20,000 nt of DNA from Deltaproteobacteria bacterium (GCA_026129095.1 JAHCIT010000003.1:356524-376523); one strand, 5' to 3'. Counted from the stretch's first letter, positions 1-9,165 are shown. The notes: a model not told the origin generated them from the sequence alone. Translations and numbers: made by a program.

Positions 1-316
1 ACTGCTTGATGATCATGAACATCACGAACGCCGTGATCGTGAAATCGATCACCGTGTTCATGAACAGGCCGTAGTTGATGGTCGCCGCACCCGCCGCCTT
101 GGCGTCGGCCAGCGACTTGAAATCACCACCCGACAGGCTGATGAACAGGTCGCTGAAGTTGACCCGTCCGACCAGCGCGCCGACCGGTGGCATCAGCACG
201 TCATTGACGGCGGAGGTCACGATCTTTCCGAACACGCCGCCGATAATCACACCGACGGCCAGATCGATCACGTTCCCCCGGATTGCAAAATCACGGAACT
301 CTTTCGCTATCGACAC
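1..316 (-). CDS. mscL: Large-conductance mechanosensitive channel MscL (3' end runs off the window)
   Basis: Manual translation of the minus strand from GTG at 316 gives [46 protein letters not shown]...[26 protein letters not shown]. This contains the MscL signature F(A)[15 protein letters not shown]. An AAGGAG RBS lies at ~324-329 on the minus strand. Not in the ORF track because it is truncated. Confidence 0.97.
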   Translation of the reverse strand, partial: MSIAKEFRDFAIRGNVIDLAVGVIIGGVFGKIVTSAVNDVLMPPVGALVGRVNFSDLFISLSGGDFKSLADAKAAGAATINYGLFMNTVIDFTITAFVMFMIIKQ

Positions 317-355
317 GGAATGTCTCCTTGCACTGCTTATGGTGCGTTTTGAACT

Positions 356-389
356 GGAAAAACCCCAGCTTGCTGGGCCGGGGTTTTCC
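356..389 (-). terminator. Probable intrinsic terminator of the OmpA-family gene
   Basis: Minus strand reads GGAAAACCCC-ggcccagcaagct-GGGGTTTTTCC, a GC-rich hairpin followed by a T-run, 16 nt after the stop at 406. Confidence 0.7.
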
Positions 390-405
390 GTACGGTATCA
401 ATCTA

Positions 406-1287
406 TCAGTTCTGGGCGGGTTCGAGAACCAGAAACTCGACCCGGCGGTTCTGTGCCTGCTTGTCCGGGGTATCGTCGGGGGTAACAACCGGCCTTTCCT
501 CCCCGTAACCAACCGGCGAAAGGCGGCCACCCGCCACACCCTTTTGCACGAGATACGCCTTGACCGAATCGGCACGGGCCGCGGAAAGCCGCTGGTTCGC
601 GGCAGCGTCGCCGACCGTATCCGTATGGCCAGCCACCTCGACCTTCGTGATCTGCGGGTTGTCCACCAGTACCCGGGCGACATCGTTCAGAAGGTCATAT
701 GACTTCGCCAGGATGTCGGCCTTACTGGTTGCGAAGTAGACCGGCTGAAGGATCACGATCCGGTTGCCTTCCACCCGTGCCAGGGCCTTGCTGCTTGGCA
801 ACAGCGTGAAATCCGTCACTGTCTTTTTACCAGCAGCGACTTTCACGTCCTTCACTTGCGGCTCATGATCCTTGGCGGCCGCACGGACATGGTAGTTTCC
901 CTCAGGCAGTTCCTCGCTGTAGGCAGCATCCCTGGCAGAAACATTCCTGACGGTTTTCCCGTTCTGCTCGAAGGCAAGGGAGGCCGAAAGCGGCGATCCA
1001 TCAGCAGACGTCACCTTGCCCTCAGCCGAACCCTGCGTCTTGGCGGCAGCAGCCACCGGTGCCTTGACGGCAGGCTCGGACCTTGCCGTATCCTGGGCAG
1101 GAGCCTTCTCCGCCTGCCTTCTTCCCCAGCCACTGCCGCATTCATCCCAATACCTGCAGCGGCGCATCCCGCGCTCATTCAGGGTGCCGCGGTAGTTTTC
1201 GTATTTCCCCGCTCCAAGATCAGCACATCCCGCGGCAAATACCGACAAGACCAAAGTGAACAGAAGTTTTTTCAAGTTTGTCTCCAT
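406..1287 (-). CDS. OmpA-family lipoprotein (signal peptide II, Ala/Pro linker, carboxypeptidase-regulatory/PEGA-like beta domain, OmpA C-terminal peptidoglycan-binding domain)
   Basis: Lipobox-like FAAG-C after a hydrophobic segment. The C-terminus has VYFATSKA...VEVAGHTD...NQRLSAARADSV...GYGEERP...NRRVEF, the classic OmpA_C motifs. Confidence 0.92.
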   Translation of the reverse strand: METNLKKLLFTLVLSVFAAGCADLGAGKYENYRGTLNERGMRRCRYWDECGSGWGRRQAEKAPAQDTARSEPAVKAPVAAAAKTQGSAEGKVTSADGSPLSASLAFEQNGKTVRNVSARDAAYSEELPEGNYHVRAAAKDHEPQVKDVKVAAGKKTVTDFTLLPSSKALARVEGNRIVILQPVYFATSKADILAKSYDLLNDVARVLVDNPQITKVEVAGHTDTVGDAAANQRLSAARADSVKAYLVQKGVAGGRLSPVGYGEERPVVTPDDTPDKQAQNRRVEFLVLEPAQN

Positions 1288-1390
1288 CGTTTAGTAGTTT
1301 TGTCAGCCAGTCCACATCCCCGGCCAAACGCCCGTAGCATCCCTCAGGGCAGACCAGCCCCGCCATGACCAATATCATTACACAACCGGT

Positions 1391-2059
1391 TTACTCAACC
1401 GTATGGCTCCCGTCCTTCAACTGCGCGTATACCATCCCCGCCAGTTCGCTAACCAGTTCCTCCCGGGAGACGTCCGCCGGGCGGTTCAGCGCGATCCGTA
1501 TGACCGCCACGGCAGCCATGCTTAGCAGGAGGAAAAACCGTGCCCGGCGTCTGGATTCCGGCTGCCTCGCGTCTATCTCCCGCCAGCCGAGCTGGCTGAC
1601 CGCCACCAGAATACGGGTTTCGATCTGCCGTGCGACGGCCGCCTGCTCGATCATGGGAACCCCGGTGAGGATTGCCCGTGCGTACACCCGGTTATGCTCG
1701 ATAGCCGCCACCGCCGTCTCGACAAGTCCGTGGACGGTTTCCTCCAGGGAAGTCCTGGACAGGAGCGGAGCGCCGTGAAGGACGAAATAGCCGGTAGTCT
1801 CGGAAATCGCATGGTCTGTCATCGCCTCGATGACCGATTCCTTGTTGGGGAAATAGTGATAGAGCGAGCCGATGCTGATACCCGCCCGTTCAGCGATCCG
1901 GTTCGTCGTGGTCCGTTCATAGCCTTCGGCGAGCAGCACTTCGGCAGCCGCCTGGATTACCGCCCGGACAGTCTCCCGCGAGCGGTTCTGCACCGGCGCC
2001 CGGCGGGCAGGCGTCACGGCCGGCCTCCCGGCCCTTTTCCGGGTGCGTTTCCGGTTCAT
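1391..2059 (-). CDS. TetR/AcrR family transcriptional regulator
   Basis: N-terminal HTH: P.Q.RSRETVRAVIQAAAEVLLAEGYERTTTNRIAERAGISIGSLYHYFPNKESV. Confidence 0.95.
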   Translation of the reverse strand: MNRKRTRKRAGRPAVTPARRAPVQNRSRETVRAVIQAAAEVLLAEGYERTTTNRIAERAGISIGSLYHYFPNKESVIEAMTDHAISETTGYFVLHGAPLLSRTSLEETVHGLVETAVAAIEHNRVYARAILTGVPMIEQAAVARQIETRILVAVSQLGWREIDARQPESRRRARFFLLLSMAAVAVIRIALNRPADVSREELVSELAGMVYAQLKDGSHTVE

Positions 2060-2080
2060 GCAGTCAGTCTATCCATATTC

Positions 2081-2124
2081 GAGCATTTGCTCAATTTTCA
2101 GGAGCCCATTTCCCTGAAATGGGC
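2081..2124. promoter_or_regulatory. Candidate operator palindromes in the divergent tetR/coq4 intergenic region
   Basis: GAGCA-tt-TGCTC (2081-2092) and a perfect 9-bp inverted repeat GCCCATTTC-cct-GAAATGGGC (2104-2124), both just upstream of the tetR start. The operator role is inferred. Confidence 0.5.
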
Positions 2125-2247
2125 AAAAGGAGCCCTTCAAGGCATGAAAACGAATGCGAGTAGTTCCGGGCGAACGGCCGTATATCCTTATAAATAGCGA
2201 AGCGGAGGCTGTGCAGGAGCATTACAACCCCGGTCGAAGGAGCGTTC

Positions 2248-3045
2248 ATGAGCGTTTACAGCAAGCCATCAAGAAAGGGCGGCCTGTTCAGTGATCTCGG
2301 CAAATACCGCGAGATGCTGTTCTCGCGCAGCAGCATGCTGCCAGACGGGATCATGGACCGGCTCCTGTCAGCGAAGAACCTGCTCGTCACCATCGACAAC
2401 CCGTGGAACTCCGACATCGAGCAGGGGATCAATGCGCTCATCAATACCACCCTGTCCAGAAATCCCGTGAGCGACGCTGAGGTGGCCTCAAAGGCGCACC
2501 CCGCCCTGTGGTCAATGTACAAGGAGCGGTACGATCCGCCGGTCGATCTTGCCCGTCTGGAGAAGCTCCCCGACGGCACCCTGGGACGAACCTACGCCCG
2601 GTTCATGTCGGACAACGGCATCCAGCAGCTGCAAAGCATGGTAAAAATCCGGCAGCCCCGGAACTTCAGCGAATGGGTCATCCGGCGGGCCTACAAGCTG
2701 CACGATGTAATGCACGCCATACTGGGCTGCGACGCCGAGATCATGGGGGAAGTCAGGATCAATGCATGGTCGGCCGGTCAGGCGATGGCGGATGCTACGC
2801 TTCAGGGAAAAGGCCGCCAGGGAGCCGGCTCTCATGGGTTCATGGGTGTTGGCGTGCTTCTCATGCACGTCGCCTACAAGCGCGGGCAGGATTTCCCCGA
2901 GGCTCTCTCGCTTGCCGTCGAGTGGCTGGAGCGCGGCAGGAAGGATCCGTTCCACATACCGCTCAAGGTCGAGGAGCTGTGGGAAATGCCCCTTGGCGAT
3001 GTGAGGGAGTTCTACCGGTCCGGGCGGTTTCTAGCAGCAGACTAA
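2248..3045 (+). CDS. Coq4-family (ubiquinone biosynthesis COQ4-like) metal-binding protein
   Basis: LxxLPDGTLGRTYARFM segment plus HDVMH-x11-E (HDVMHAILGCDAEIMGE), the Coq4 metal-ligand motif. C-terminal EELWEMPLGDVR. RBS AAGGAG precedes the ATG. Confidence 0.85.
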   Translation: MSVYSKPSRKGGLFSDLGKYREMLFSRSSMLPDGIMDRLLSAKNLLVTIDNPWNSDIEQGINALINTTLSRNPVSDAEVASKAHPALWSMYKERYDPPVDLARLEKLPDGTLGRTYARFMSDNGIQQLQSMVKIRQPRNFSEWVIRRAYKLHDVMHAILGCDAEIMGEVRINAWSAGQAMADATLQGKGRQGAGSHGFMGVGVLLMHVAYKRGQDFPEALSLAVEWLERGRKDPFHIPLKVEELWEMPLGDVREFYRSGRFLAAD

Positions 3046-3088
3046 ACCGGGCAAGCAAGCGGCCACAGACTCCTGCCAGCAATGGCTG

Positions 3089-4510
3089 CTACGCCGCGAG
3101 TTCCTCCTGGCCAGCCGCACTGCCAAGGGGGATATCCACCGTTACGGTTGTACCGCGCCCCTCCTCACTGTCGAGACCGATACTTCCTCCAGCCCGGTGC
3201 ACAAGTTCGTTTACCACGTACAGACCCAGGCCGACATTCCCGCTAGCCCCCTCACCCGTAATGAATGGCTTGAAGATCTCTGCCTGGAGTGCCTTTGGAA
3301 TGCCCCGGCCCGTATCTGAAATCTTCAGCCGGAGCGAATGGCCATGTAATGATGCCGCGAGCCTGGGTTCCTGTGCGCCGCCTGCTCCACGGGCATTATC
3401 CAGCAGGTTCCGGAGCATGGTGAGTGTCATCCGCTCATTGACGGGAGCCTGGTCCACGCCCGCCTCCGTATGAACAGCAATACCGGGATACTCGGACCGG
3501 ATCGTGTCGAGGATAGTGGACAACGGCCGCGACGAGTCTTCAGGAGCCAGCAGGTCGGCCAAAAGATACAAACGGCTGGCAATATTCGCCGCCCTCGCCT
3601 GCCCTGACAGGCAACTATCAATGCTTTGCAGGACTTCCCGCTTCTGGGAAGCCGTGGCACCCGACTGCTCGACATCCTCCTTCAGCATCTGGAACAAGGC
3701 CCCGCTGGATGAAAGCGGGTTCCGGAGCTCATGGGCGGCACCCGTTACCAGCGAACCCATCGCTGCCAGCGACTCGGCACGCACCAACTGGTCCTTCTGT
3801 TCCCGAAGGAGTGCGTATGCCGCTTTCAACTGCTCCTCCCGCTTTCGCCACTGTTCGACCAGATATATCGCAAAGACGAACATACTGAGCTGGAACACCG
3901 TTACCCAACTTCCCGTGAACAACAGCCAGGAAGAGTGAAGCCTTCCGTCAATCACCAGATCGTCCCGCATTAGCGGAGCGTACGGGAACCACCCAAACTG
4001 CGAACCCGCAATGGAAATCGCCTGGAATGAGACGCCCGTAACAACCGCATAAACAACCGGACGGATTCCAAACAGCAGCCCGCCCAGGAGCACTCCTGAT
4101 ATTCCAAACAAGACCGCATAGGGAGTGGTGAACAGCCCGAAACCGTGTGCCGCCAGCATGGTATGAACGGTGCATAGCTGAATGACTGTATGCATCATCA
4201 CTGTTTCGAGAGATTTCACCTTGCGCACCGCAAAACAGATCATCGCCAGAACTGCCCATCCGGCAATGAACCCCATCTCGATCTGGTCGGCGACATGTGC
4301 CGCAGCCGGTTCAAGATATGGTGCCCGCAAGGGATCAGCCAGCAACCATTTGAACATCAACCCGTGCGCACCCGAAAGACCGAGACAGATCACCGAAGCC
4401 AGCGCCGTCCGGTCCCCGAGGCTCCACTCCAGCAGGTTGCTGAACTTCTGGCTAACCCCATCAAGAAACGACTTCCCGCTGAAAGCGGCTTTCGAAACAC
4501 CACTCATCAC
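3089..4510 (-). CDS. Membrane-bound sensor histidine kinase (multi-TM sensor, HisKA, HATPase_c), H-box intact
   Basis: About 6 hydrophobic segments; H-box GAAHELRNPL; N-box LRNLLDNA; G1 DTGRGI; F-box IFKPF; G2 GLGL. Start is either GTG 4510 or the adjacent ATG 4507. Confidence 0.93.
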   Translation of the reverse strand: MMSGVSKAAFSGKSFLDGVSQKFSNLLEWSLGDRTALASVICLGLSGAHGLMFKWLLADPLRAPYLEPAAAHVADQIEMGFIAGWAVLAMICFAVRKVKSLETVMMHTVIQLCTVHTMLAAHGFGLFTTPYAVLFGISGVLLGGLLFGIRPVVYAVVTGVSFQAISIAGSQFGWFPYAPLMRDDLVIDGRLHSSWLLFTGSWVTVFQLSMFVFAIYLVEQWRKREEQLKAAYALLREQKDQLVRAESLAAMGSLVTGAAHELRNPLSSSGALFQMLKEDVEQSGATASQKREVLQSIDSCLSGQARAANIASRLYLLADLLAPEDSSRPLSTILDTIRSEYPGIAVHTEAGVDQAPVNERMTLTMLRNLLDNARGAGGAQEPRLAASLHGHSLRLKISDTGRGIPKALQAEIFKPFITGEGASGNVGLGLYVVNELVHRAGGSIGLDSEEGRGTTVTVDIPLGSAAGQEELAA

Positions 4511-4513
4511 CCG

Positions 4514-5923
4514 TCACATCCCATGCGGTGCTCCATCTACGGGAAGCAGTATTGAAACCGAAGTGCCGCGGCCTGCCTGGCTTTGCAGATCGATGGTCCC
4601 CCCGGCCCGATGGACCAGTTCATGAACGATGTACAGTCCAAGCCCCAATCCGTGTCCCTCACCAGCCTTCTGTCCGGTAAAAAACGGCTTGAACACCTCG
4701 CTTTGCATCGCCTCCGGGATTCCTCTCCCCGAATCACTGACCCTGATATCCAGGAAGCGATCCGCCAGCGACGCCACAACCCTCGGCGGCGTGTCCCCAC
4801 CTGCGGCAACTGCGTTCTTCAGAAGATTCCGGAGAACCGTTGCAACCAGCCGTTCATTGACTGGTACCGAAGCTGCCTGCGGCGATACCTGAAATACAGA
4901 TTGCGGGTAGTCGCTCCGGATAAGGTTCATGACCGCATCCAGTGGATGGCTTTCACCCCCCGGAGCAAGCGCTTCTGCGATCGAGTTCAGCCTGCCAGCA
5001 ATATCCGCTGCACGCTCATGCCCTTTCAGCGACATCTCGACAATCCGCAGCGCTTCCGATTTCTGGGATTCGGGAGCATCTGATGCGGCGATATCTGTCC
5101 GGAGCTTCTGGAAACTCGTCCGGGCGAAATCGAGCGGACGCTGCAACTCCCTGGCCGCTCCCGATACCAGTGAACCGACCGCCGCAAGCGATTCGGCCCT
5201 GACCAGCTGGGTTTTCTGCTCACGCAGCAGCACGTATGCAGCCTCAAGCCGTTCCTGCCGGCCTCTCCACTGGGACAGGATGTAGAGGCCGACCACCATC
5301 GTCGCAACCTGGCAAATCGTCACCCAGCTACCTGTCAGGACGAGCCAGGAAACCGGGAGGCGTTCATTAATGACCGGAGTTCCACGCAATAACGGAGCAT
5401 AGGGGAACCAGCCGTTCTGGCTGCCGATGGTCGACAGGACCTGGATCGCGACCCCCGTCAGCACGCCATAACTCACTGGCCTGACGCCCATGAGGAGCAC
5501 GCCCAGCAGCATTCCACACACACCGAAAAGAACCCCATAGGGCGCAGTGAACAGCCCGAAGGCATGTCCAACCAGCATGGTATGCACGGTGAAAAGCTGG
5601 GCCGTCAGGTATACCAGCGGCTGGCCAAGAATCCGGAGCCTGTCAGACCGCGCCGCCAGGCAAATGCCCAGGAATACGGCCCATATCACAACGAATGCGT
5701 TCTGGAGATTTCTCGCAAATAACGCCGCCTGAGGTTCCATGTACGGAGCCCGGGACGAATCCTCGACAAGCCAGTAAAAATATACCGCCCAGGAGAACGC
5801 AAGACCGAGACAGGTCCCGCAGGCAAGCGCCGCCTTGCCGGCAGGGCTCCACTCCAGCGGATTACCAATCCGCTGGATCAGGGAGTCAACTGCACCTGAT
5901 GAAGCTGACGGCTTTTCGGGCAT
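4514..5923 (-). CDS. Membrane-bound histidine-kinase-like protein, paralog of the downstream gene, lacking the phospho-acceptor His (putative pseudokinase)
   Basis: Same architecture and shared motifs (LEWS, RAPY, FGLFTxPY, GWFPYAPL, QLVRAESLAA). H-box reads GAARELQRPL. N (LRNLLKNA), G1 (DSGRGI), F (VFKPF) and G2 (GLGLGL) boxes are intact. Confidence 0.9.
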   Translation of the reverse strand: MPEKPSASSGAVDSLIQRIGNPLEWSPAGKAALACGTCLGLAFSWAVYFYWLVEDSSRAPYMEPQAALFARNLQNAFVVIWAVFLGICLAARSDRLRILGQPLVYLTAQLFTVHTMLVGHAFGLFTAPYGVLFGVCGMLLGVLLMGVRPVSYGVLTGVAIQVLSTIGSQNGWFPYAPLLRGTPVINERLPVSWLVLTGSWVTICQVATMVVGLYILSQWRGRQERLEAAYVLLREQKTQLVRAESLAAVGSLVSGAARELQRPLDFARTSFQKLRTDIAASDAPESQKSEALRIVEMSLKGHERAADIAGRLNSIAEALAPGGESHPLDAVMNLIRSDYPQSVFQVSPQAASVPVNERLVATVLRNLLKNAVAAGGDTPPRVVASLADRFLDIRVSDSGRGIPEAMQSEVFKPFFTGQKAGEGHGLGLGLYIVHELVHRAGGTIDLQSQAGRGTSVSILLPVDGAPHGM

Positions 5924-6032
5924 GCCAGACTGATAACCGGGAAAGCAGCCTCGCGCCAGCTAAACACGTAAAGGAACCGGTATGTCCACTGTGTTCCGGC
6001 AAGATTGTTTATAAAGAGGCGTGGACCCCAAG

Positions 6033-6073
6033 AAGAAAAACGCCAGAGCTTTCATAGCTCTGGCGTTTTTCTT
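6033..6073 (-). terminator. Intrinsic (potentially bidirectional) terminator
   Basis: Perfect 18-bp inverted repeat AAGAAAAACGCCAGAGCT-ttcat-AGCTCTGGCGTTTTTCTT with T-runs on both strands, 20 nt downstream of the 6094 stop. Confidence 0.88.
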
Positions 6074-6093
6074 GCCGTTACGAGCACTACTCG

Positions 6094-6594
6094 TCAGTTA
6101 CAGCCCGGGCTCTCGGTGCTTGCATCTCCGATATTGCAGTCCACAAGCGACATGACGTAGTCCTGCGACTCACCGCCGGGTATCCCGTCGTAGTAGACCG
6201 TAATGTCCCAGCTCTCCGTGCCTTCATTATAGGACATGTCGGTGATTTCGAGCGTGACATCGCCGCTCTCGCCATCAAGGACCACATCGATACTGTCCTC
6301 ACCCGTGAATTCGTAGGTTCCGTCGTAAGCGCCGCCCCGTTCCAAGTTGGTGCTGTCATAAAGTGAACCCGACACGATCACCTGGGCATCGCCATCACCA
6401 TACAACGCGATCTTCAGGGCAATCGAACTGGTCCCGGCACTCTCCCAGTAGGATGTCCCGGTCGCAGCGGTAGCACCGGACAAAAAGACAGCGAGGGGAT
6501 GGGGCTCATCCTCTACGGCCGCACGGTTGCTGCCGCAACCCATGATAGTCCCGACAGAAATGATCGCTACGAAAAGTGCAATGGAACGCTTCAT
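6094..6594 (-). CDS. Hypothetical acidic lipoprotein
   Basis: MKRSIALFVAIISVGTIMG-C signal peptide II. The mature part is Asp/Glu-rich with alternating beta-strand-like patterns. Followed by a strong terminator. Confidence 0.8.
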   Translation of the reverse strand: MKRSIALFVAIISVGTIMGCGSNRAAVEDEPHPLAVFLSGATAATGTSYWESAGTSSIALKIALYGDGDAQVIVSGSLYDSTNLERGGAYDGTYEFTGEDSIDVVLDGESGDVTLEITDMSYNEGTESWDITVYYDGIPGGESQDYVMSLVDCNIGDASTESPGCN

Positions 6595-6791
6595 TATATG
6601 GAATTCCCCTGTAGTTTGTGTTGTGCGGCTGGAACCTTGAGTTCAGACACATCCGCGAAGGGATCAGCCATAACCGAAGCCGTGAAAACCTGCAACCCGG
6701 CAGACCCTTTTAGTGGAAATCCCGCTGCGTGGGATATACAGCTCTCCCCACGGGCAGCCAGCGGCCATGCTGCCATGAGACCAGGAGCGAA

Positions 6792-8363
6792 ATGAAACAT
6801 CTGCTGCTCGGATTACTGGCGACAGCCCTTATCACTGGACTTCCCACCGGGTGCGGATCATCCGGCCATCCCGTGGACAACGCTACCGGCTTCGTGACCG
6901 GCATTATGGACGAACTGGCTACGCCGACACAGGCCGACTGGGGTTCGGATGGACGGCTCTACGTCGCGACCCTTGGCGGCACGATTTACGCCTACAGCTT
7001 CGATGACGATTACCGGATCACCGGCAAACAGGCCATTGCGACGCTGGCAGGGCTGGACGACCGGTATATCCTGGGGATTGCGGGAAACCCGTTCGATCCA
7101 CCCGGTACGACGACCATCTATGTGTCCCACAGCCGTCTTTTTACCGGCGCACCATGCCCGGTGATCACCCACGAGTATGCCGGCCGGGTTTCGATGCTCA
7201 CGGGACCGGACTTCGATACGCTCACGCCAGTCATCACCGGCCTGCCATCCTCACCCGGCGGACACGGAGTGAACAATCTCCTGTTCGACAACGACGGCGA
7301 CCTGCTGATCGCCCAGGGCGGGCAAACGAATGCTGGAGTTCCCCATTGTGCCCAGGGCGGACTGCCTGAATCCCCCCTGTCGGGTGCTGTCCTGAAGGCA
7401 CGGCTGTCCGATCCGGATTTCGACGGCGAAATTACCTACGTCGAGCGTGACGGTGGCACTCCCAACAACGACCAGGTTGATGGCGACATTGTCGAACTGG
7501 CCGAGCCCGCATACGTCGGGGTTTTCGCCGCCGGTCTTCGCAACCCGTTCGATCTCGTACTGACCACGGCGGGCCTGCTATACGCCACCGACAACGGTCC
7601 CAACGGCCCAAGCGGCGCCGAGGGGGATGTTTCCACGGGGCCCGGCACGTCCGCCCCTATCGGGGAGTCTGCCCCGGACGAACTGAACCTTCTGGAAGCC
7701 GGCCACTACTACGGCCACCCGAACCGTAATCGCGGCATCGATGACGATCGCCAGAATGTTTATTATGGACCGGATGCAGAAACGGGCGACTTCACACAGG
7801 CGATCGCCTGGTTCCCGTCCACCACCAACGGGCTCGACGAATACCGGGCACAGACCTTCGGCGGCGCCTTCCGGGGCAGTCTCATGCTGGTCCACTGGAC
7901 GAAAGGACTTTACCGGGCACGGCTTTCCGCAAATGGCCGGTCAGTCGTGACGCATGAGCTGGTCAACAGCGAGATGCCCGGCATTGGCCTCGTGGCCGGA
8001 CCGGGCGGTGTCCTGTTTTCAGCGGACTATCTGGGCGGCAAACTGCGGATGGCCGCTCCCCTGGCGGCGGATTCCGGCGGCCCCCAGGTCCACGATATCT
8101 TTCCCTGGCGGGCTCCTTCCACGGGAGGCTCGCGGTTTGTCATCAGCGGATCGGGATTTGGAACTGCCGCCAATACGGCAGTCACCATCGGTGGCGCAGC
8201 CGCTTCGATCACCAGGGTGAGCCCGACCCGTATCATCGGCACCATACCGGCGGAAACGGAGCCAACAGCGGATCTGGTGGACGTCGTGGTAATCGCCAAT
8301 GGCGTCTCACGTACGCTGCCGGCGGCTTTTCGGTACCTGATACCGCCGGTTCCAGGGCCATAG
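6792..8363 (+). CDS. Lipoprotein with a glucose/sorbosone dehydrogenase-like (PQQ-type) beta-propeller and a C-terminal IPT/TIG domain
   Basis: Start revised to ATG 6792 (AGGAG RBS at 6783-6787; MKHLLLGLLATALITGLPTG-C lipoprotein signal). Propeller motifs WGSDGRLYVA, HGVNNLLFDNDGDLLIAQG, GLRNPFDL, DNGPN, DELNLLEAGHYYGHP. The C-terminal P..G...GG..FVISGSGF...VTIGG...IIGTIPA segment is IPT/TIG-like. Confidence 0.8.
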   Translation: MKHLLLGLLATALITGLPTGCGSSGHPVDNATGFVTGIMDELATPTQADWGSDGRLYVATLGGTIYAYSFDDDYRITGKQAIATLAGLDDRYILGIAGNPFDPPGTTTIYVSHSRLFTGAPCPVITHEYAGRVSMLTGPDFDTLTPVITGLPSSPGGHGVNNLLFDNDGDLLIAQGGQTNAGVPHCAQGGLPESPLSGAVLKARLSDPDFDGEITYVERDGGTPNNDQVDGDIVELAEPAYVGVFAAGLRNPFDLVLTTAGLLYATDNGPNGPSGAEGDVSTGPGTSAPIGESAPDELNLLEAGHYYGHPNRNRGIDDDRQNVYYGPDAETGDFTQAIAWFPSTTNGLDEYRAQTFGGAFRGSLMLVHWTKGLYRARLSANGRSVVTHELVNSEMPGIGLVAGPGGVLFSADYLGGKLRMAAPLAADSGGPQVHDIFPWRAPSTGGSRFVISGSGFGTAANTAVTIGGAAASITRVSPTRIIGTIPAETEPTADLVDVVVIANGVSRTLPAAFRYLIPPVPGP

Positions 8364-8427
8364 GCAAGACGCAGATAAAAGGCACGCGAAAGCCAGGCGC
8401 CGGACTGCTTATCCGGGGACTCCGGGC

Positions 8428-9165
8428 TTAGGCGGTCAGTTCCGCTTCGATCATCCGGTGCGCGCTGGTCATCAGGCGGCCGGCGGCTTCAGCGTCATTC
8501 CCGTCCGGATGGACAGGCGGCAGCACCACAATCGTCACCCTGCCCGGTTCGTGACCGAGCCTGCGGCCAAGAACGCCGGGCCCGAGTGCCGGATGTTCCT
8601 CGACAACCGCTACCGGAACGACCGGAACATTGCAGGCGACAGCCAGTTCAAACGCCCCGCGCCTGAATTCACCCAGGATTTTCCCGGTGGGCCGCTTCCC
8701 TTCCGGATACATGAGAATTGAAGTTCCACGTTCCAGGAGCGGCCGGCACTGCCGGATCAGATCGGCCGTCGTGGCCCGGCGCGGCAGAAAGAGCTGTCCC
8801 GTTTTCGCCGAGAAATACCCGCCAAGAGGGAATTTTCGCAAGTCAGCCCGGATCACGGCCCGCCAGTCCAGCCGCACAAAATGCGTAAACAGGTACCAGT
8901 CCCACTCGCTGCCGTGATTGGAGACGTACACGGCGGGTGTGTCCGGATGTACATGCTCAAGCCCGCGTGCCGACGCATTGATCCCGCAGCCCCGGAGCAC
9001 TCCGCCGGACCACAGGCGGCTCAGATGCTCATAACCCCATTCCGGCGTCTTGCCGGCCGCGAAAAAAACGCTCGCCACAGCGCCGACACCGGCCGTGACG
9101 CCGGCGATGACCGACATTCTCTGAAGCGTACGGACGGTTTTTGCCGGTGAATGGGGCCTGCTCAT
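8428..9165 (-). CDS. 1-acyl-sn-glycerol-3-phosphate acyltransferase (PlsC/lysophospholipid acyltransferase family)
   Basis: Block I NHGSEWD (HxxxxD), block III YPEGKR, FRRGAF and VPVVPV. Start set at ATG 9165, which overlaps the upstream TGA (ATGA coupling). Confidence 0.88.
   Translation of the reverse strand: MSRPHSPAKTVRTLQRMSVIAGVTAGVGAVASVFFAAGKTPEWGYEHLSRLWSGGVLRGCGINASARGLEHVHPDTPAVYVSNHGSEWDWYLFTHFVRLDWRAVIRADLRKFPLGGYFSAKTGQLFLPRRATTADLIRQCRPLLERGTSILMYPEGKRPTGKILGEFRRGAFELAVACNVPVVPVAVVEEHPALGPGVLGRRLGHEPGRVTIVVLPPVHPDGNDAEAAGRLMTSAHRMIEAELTA

Noticed and set aside
75-702. Plus-strand ORFs 75-485 and 283-702
   Set aside because: They are antisense to mscL and the OmpA gene and cross a terminator.
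2508-3473. 321-aa plus-strand ORF overlapping coq4 and the kinase
   Set aside because: It is an alternative frame with Arg/Pro/Ser-rich nonsense composition that overlaps two well-supported genes.
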